Source of the DNA: an uncultured delta proteobacterium
Lineage (GTDB): Bacteria > Myxococcota_A > Polyangia > Polyangiales > Polyangiaceae
Reading direction: 5' to 3'
Length of the DNA stretch: 64,000 nucleotides
Assembly: GCA_963696385.1 (NCBI GenBank)
Contig: CAVOKF010000008.1
Coordinates: forward strand, 736,001-800,000
The notes beneath the pieces are model-generated. The model had not been told where the DNA came from, did not search any database, and was given only the letters and a program-made list of their open reading frames with translations. Position numbers and translations under genes: made by a program. Positions 59,689 through 64,000 of the stretch are shown one piece after another. Each line of letters begins with the position of its first letter. The first letter of the stretch is position 1.

Positions 59689-60294
59689 CTAAATACCGAA
59701 ATCAACCCGCGGAATCGGCGGCATCGGCTGCGAGGCGGACTTCGGGACGGCCGACGCCACCGAACGAGGGGCCACGCGGACGGCTGACGCACTAGGAAAC
59801 GTCGTTGCGATGGGCTCAGGGGAAGCCGTATCAATCCGCGGTGGGCCAAAAGCCATTGCGGAGCTCGGGGGCGCGGCGCGAATTGCGGCAGCGGAGGACG
59901 CCGTCTCGGCCCCGGACGGCGTCGGCGGCCACGAAAGCTCGCTTGCGGCGGGCAGCCGGCCCGGAAGCAATGCGGGCGTAACCGACGGCGTCGTTGCAAC
60001 GTCGCCGGCATGGCTACCGGTCGCGGACCAAATGACGAGCGCGAGGAGCACCGTGACGCCGACGCCAAGCGCAATCCACAACGGCCGCGTCGAGCGCCGA
60101 GCAAACGCAGGCACATCGAAATCCGTCGAGTCCACAGGCCCCGACCGATTCGCCAGGCCCGCAAAGGCGGCGTGGTACGGCTCCCAAGACGGCCGAAATG
60201 CGGTGGCGAGCTGTTCCAGGTCCTCTTGTGCGGCCTCACTTGGGATCCCGCCGTCGCCGGCACCGCAACTCAAGGGCTGCTGCCCGCTTACCAT
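59689..60294 (-). CDS. Hypothetical single-TM protein with Pro/Ser-rich tail
   Basis: LATAFRPSWE, TM helix LWIALGVGVTVLLALVIW, C-terminus DFGI. Confidence 0.6.
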   Translation of the reverse strand: MVSGQQPLSCGAGDGGIPSEAAQEDLEQLATAFRPSWEPYHAAFAGLANRSGPVDSTDFDVPAFARRSTRPLWIALGVGVTVLLALVIWSATGSHAGDVATTPSVTPALLPGRLPAASELSWPPTPSGAETASSAAAIRAAPPSSAMAFGPPRIDTASPEPIATTFPSASAVRVAPRSVASAVPKSASQPMPPIPRVDFGI

Positions 60295-61186
60295 GGCACA
60301 CGACCGTACCATCGGCCGTTGGGGCGGACCATTCCCCGGCGACGAATCGGGACCGCAAGATGCCGACCGCGGCTTGTGCGGCAATTGACGAGCTCGCCGG
60401 CCCGAGGAAGGCCGTCCGTGTCATCGGCTGAAATGGACCGCCGCTTTCCGAACTGCCACGGGTTGCAAACATGAAGTGGAGAAGGCCCAGAGCAACGCGA
60501 TCGGAAGGTTTGTCCGGAGTGCCGCCCGCCTGGCGCAACCGGGCAGGACAAATGGCCCTGCGCTGAAACGCGAAAAGTGCGGGAGCCCTCTTGGGTCCAC
60601 CCGCGCGCCGCGCGGCCGCGTCGCGACGCGCAACTGTCACAAAGGCCCCACGGCGTACACGGCAAGTCGAGCGCGCCGCATTCGATTCCTATCGACGGAA
60701 GGAAACTGAGCCATCCTGGGCCAATTGAGATTTCGGTGTCGCGATGGGGGTTAGCCCGTGACGGGTACCTTGGCCGTGTCCGGCGGCATTTGTCGGCACT
60801 CCTGTTCGCGGCATGTCGAGTGCAGTTCGCAGCGCCGCCGCGGCGAGACTTCAATCGGACGCGGCCGTGCGGAGACGAAAACTCGACCTCCGATCATTCG
60901 GCCAAACGACTGCCCACTTCTCATTCGATGTTTCCGACAGTCGGAATGGAGAACTCGGCTCGTGGCATAAACTTCGAGTCGACACATTTTTTGTGACGGA
61001 ATCACCCGCCGTCGCGCCTTTAACGGAAAGGGGCATTTATTCGCGCGATGGGAGGGCGAAGCAGGTGTTCGCGCGAGACACGCACGGGTCTCGCTTTGCG
61101 CTCGCGATCTCAGAATCCGGGCGCGCACGCCGTCGTGTGTGCGCTCCGGAAGCGGAACATAGAATCCATAGTAGGGAGGAATCCAT

Positions 61187-64000
61187 ATGAAACTATTCAG
61201 CATCGGACGACGATCAGCCCGGGCGAGCGTGACCGCCGCGTTGGGACTTTCAGCAGCCCTTGGTTCGGCGCACTGCGGTTCTGCGTCGAACCAGAGCGAG
61301 ACGGACCCAAGATTTGCCGCCGAGACGTATGACGAAAAGGAGCCTCTGACCAATGCGATCGTCGGATCGCCTCATGGAGTCGTCCAGATTGCCGCCGACG
61401 GGACAGTGACGGCACTGCCCGGCCCCACCGGCAAATCGGGCGCCGGCTCGTCGGGCACGGCGGGCGCTGGTTCGTCGGGTTCGTCGGGCTCCACGAGCTC
61501 GTCCAGCTCGGCGGGCTCGGCAAGCGGCGGCGGTCCGTTGGATGGCGGGATCGGCTTTCTGGACGGCGGCACGGTGGACGAGGACGGAGGCGACGGGGGC
61601 TCCGGCGGGGGCTTCGGCTTTTGGACGTTCGACGACTGCTCGCCCAAGTCTCACTTTCTTCTGGATTCGTCCGGCGAGGGCGCGACGGCGCAGCATGCGC
61701 TCGGCGCCGATTGTGTTGCCGGCATCACGGGCGCGGGTATCCAATTCCGAAGCGCCGCGGACCTGGTCCAGGTGCCCGACGAGCCGCAATTCACGGTCAG
61801 TTCCCGTGTTGCGGTCGCAGCCTGGGTATTTCCGGACAATGTGTCCGGCGATCAGCCCATCGTGCTCAAGCGTTTGAACAACCAGACGTCCTTCTCGCTC
61901 GGAGTCCACGACGGCAACATTCAGTTTTCCGTCGTGCTCACGACGGGCACGACCGTCGTGTCGAGTGCGCCATTGCCTGCAAGGACGTGGTCGCACGTCG
62001 CCGGCATGTTCGATGGAACGTTCGTTCGCCTCTTTTTCGACGGACAGCAGTACGGTCAAGTCTATGGGGCCGGCACGCTTCGCGACGAATTCACTCCGAT
62101 CCGAATCGGAGCGACCACGCAGCAGCAATACTTCCACGGGATCATCGACCAGGTCTTCGTCTCGACCGAGGACATCACGCCGGATACCCTGACGGCCCTC
62201 GCCTGCATCCAAAATCCCTCCACCCTCGCCGTGAGCCCCGCCACCAGCGGTCCGGTTCCCTTCGGTACCACGGTCCAGTACAGCGTGGCGGTCACGGACA
62301 ACGACGTCGGATTTTGCTCGACGCAAAATGCCTACGATCTGTTTTTCAGTTCTTTTGATCCCACGATCAGCGAGACCTTCAGTTCGTCCACGTTCCAAAG
62401 CGCGTCGCCGGGACAGACGGTCACGTTCGAAGTGGGTCTCACCTCGTCCGACCTCGCATCGATAGGCGACCACGAGATCACCTTCTTCGTCGACGACTTC
62501 GGCAACACCTTCGAGAGCCTCTTCGGGCAGCTCACCTACGACGTCGCCAAGCCGACCGGTTGCTTTGTCGATGTCGGGCAAGAGCTCTTCATCATGGACA
62601 CGAGCGTCGTGGATGACCCGGTACGCACCCTGGGTCAGAACTCGGGCGGGGGTTTCTCCGCCGACGGCGGCGGCATCAGCACGGGCACCGGTATCGGTAT
62701 CGGTATCGGCACGTCGCCGGTCGGCAGCACGGGTGTCGCCAGCGGTGTCGACACCGGAACCGACCTTGGCGTCGAAACCGGCGGGGTCGTTGGCATCGGC
62801 CCTGGCATCCCACCGAGCATCGGAAGCAGCGGTGCAGCGGGCGGCACGACCAGCAGCAGCGGCAGCAGCGCGGGAAGCTCTGCCCTGCCTCCTGCCCCGG
62901 TCGATGGCGGAGACGACGGAGGAGCTCCCGCTTCGAGCACGGGGGTCTGGACGTTCGGCCATCTCATGCGCGACGTGGCGCCGACGGGAGCGGATGCGCC
63001 CGCGATGGTTGAGCAGCTCTTTGATACCTGGCTGACGCCCCAAGTCGTCAACAGCTTCACCGTGGCTGCGCGCCCGGCCATCCAATCGGTGCTTCTCGAT
63101 ATCTGGCCACGGACCGCCGACGGCGGGCTCGACCTCGATCAGGCGCCGCTCACCCTTCAAGCTATCGTCAATCGCATTGATCTACGCAAGCTGTCGGCCG
63201 GCTCGGCCGGCGAGGGACGCTTCGTCTTTGCGGTGAACGGAGGCGGGGGCTTTCCTCAGCAGTTCACCGTGATCCTCGAGTACAATCTGCCTGCAACGAC
63301 GCAACAGGACGTGTTGAACTGGGCCAATCTCTGGCACAGCCTGTCCTCTCTCCCCTTCCCGTCCGAGACGTACAACAGCGCGCTCGAGGCCATCACGCGC
63401 AGCTTTGCCGCGCGCAACGCCTTGCCGGGGGCCGTCAACGGCAGCGCTCTTTTGACGCTCCGGACCAACGAGATTGCCCTTTCCGGCATCCAGTGGGAAC
63501 TCCGCGAATTCGTGCTTTCTCCAACGACCGGCTTTCTCCAGGAAGCCCCTGTCGACGAGACGCCGGATCTCGGCTTCAACGGCACCAGTACGTTCGCGGA
63601 CTTCGTCAATCAGAATTCAGCCGCGATCATCGCGGAAGTCCCGGGAGCGACGGGCACCGTACCCTTGAACTTCGAGGGCGGTCCCTTCCTCGGCGGCTCC
63701 GTCTTCAATAACCTCGTGGTGTGGTCCGCTCCAGGAATCGTCGATGACGATGCCCGATTCCACGCCTCGCTCAACACGTGCAACGGATGCCACGGTCCGG
63801 AAACCAACACGGAGTTCCTGATGGTCACCCCGCGGTCACCCGGAACCGAAGCGACTCTGTCGCCGTTCATGACCGGCACGGTCGCCTTCGATGAAATCAC
63901 CGGTGAGCAGCGCTCGCTCAATGACCTAGACCGACGGCGCCTCGACCTCACCAGTCTCGTGTGCCCGAGCGATGACGCCGGTTCTCCCTCGGACGCCGGT
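61187..64000 (+). CDS. Large exported lipoprotein: LamG-like domain, Ig-like domain, C-terminal domain with one CxxCH; runs off the right edge
   Basis: GGGAGGA RBS; hand translation from ATG 61187: MKLFSIGRR..SAHC, FWTFDDC..DSSG, VAAWV, WSHVAGMFDG, FHGIIDQV, NRIDL, GEGRFVF, RTNEIAL, WELREF, in-frame NTCNGCH (first Cys at 63779). Confidence 0.88.
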   Translation, partial: MKLFSIGRRSARASVTAALGLSAALGSAHCGSASNQSETDPRFAAETYDEKEPLTNAIVGSPHGVVQIAADGTVTALPGPTGKSGAGSSGTAGAGSSGSSGSTSSSSSAGSASGGGPLDGGIGFLDGGTVDEDGGDGGSGGGFGFWTFDDCSPKSHFLLDSSGEGATAQHALGADCVAGITGAGIQFRSAADLVQVPDEPQFTVSSRVAVAAWVFPDNVSGDQPIVLKRLNNQTSFSLGVHDGNIQFSVVLTTGTTVVSSAPLPARTWSHVAGMFDGTFVRLFFDGQQYGQVYGAGTLRDEFTPIRIGATTQQQYFHGIIDQVFVSTEDITPDTLTALACIQNPSTLAVSPATSGPVPFGTTVQYSVAVTDNDVGFCSTQNAYDLFFSSFDPTISETFSSSTFQSASPGQTVTFEVGLTSSDLASIGDHEITFFVDDFGNTFESLFGQLTYDVAKPTGCFVDVGQELFIMDTSVVDDPVRTLGQNSGGGFSADGGGISTGTGIGIGIGTSPVGSTGVASGVDTGTDLGVETGGVVGIGPGIPPSIGSSGAAGGTTSSSGSSAGSSALPPAPVDGGDDGGAPASSTGVWTFGHLMRDVAPTGADAPAMVEQLFDTWLTPQVVNSFTVAARPAIQSVLLDIWPRTADGGLDLDQAPLTLQAIVNRIDLRKLSAGSAGEGRFVFAVNGGGGFPQQFTVILEYNLPATTQQDVLNWANLWHSLSSLPFPSETYNSALEAITRSFAARNALPGAVNGSALLTLRTNEIALSGIQWELREFVLSPTTGFLQEAPVDETPDLGFNGTSTFADFVNQNSAAIIAEVPGATGTVPLNFEGGPFLGGSVFNNLVVWSAPGIVDDDARFHASLNTCNGCHGPETNTEFLMVTPRSPGTEATLSPFMTGTVAFDEITGEQRSLNDLDRRRLDLTSLVCPSDDAGSPSDAG

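Noticed and set aside
1..64000. Numerous long Arg/Pro-rich overlapping ORFs; tRNA, rRNA or mobile-element genes
   Set aside because: Long shadow ORFs are expected at this GC content and lack motifs; no tRNA cloverleaf, rRNA, transposase or integrase signature was seen

Overview
GC-rich bacterial chromosomal DNA. The gene content (MYXO-CTERM protein, MXAN_5808-type S41 peptidase, TPR/PEGA and Cys-rich lipoproteins, PilZ protein) points to a myxobacterium, probably Polyangiaceae-like; this is inference. About 58 genes: housekeeping/metabolic (trpE, pdxJ, tmk, panC, dinB, mtnB-D-C-A, peroxiredoxin, Ski2-like helicase), signalling (two coupled histidine kinases, a Hanks-type kinase, SET-domain protein) and many exported lipoproteins, three with CxxCH heme motifs. 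I saw no tRNA, rRNA, CRISPR array, transposase or integrase. Best leads: (1) an in-frame Kal-Kce fusion overlapping trpE; (2) a canonical histidine kinase coupled to one with a degenerate ATPase domain; (3) a recurrent D/E-A/G-G motif in exported proteins, plus an orphan GT-C-like membrane protein; (4) a metallophosphoesterase + BthA/MauG-like peroxidase pair, a PQQ-propeller + diheme cytochrome pair and a LamG-CxxCH lipoprotein; (5) four single-base frameshifts, all in exported-protein genes (phase variation, decay or assembly error); (6) a composite palindromic repeat after trpE. All calls are motif recognition by eye; no searches were run and many start codons are best guesses.
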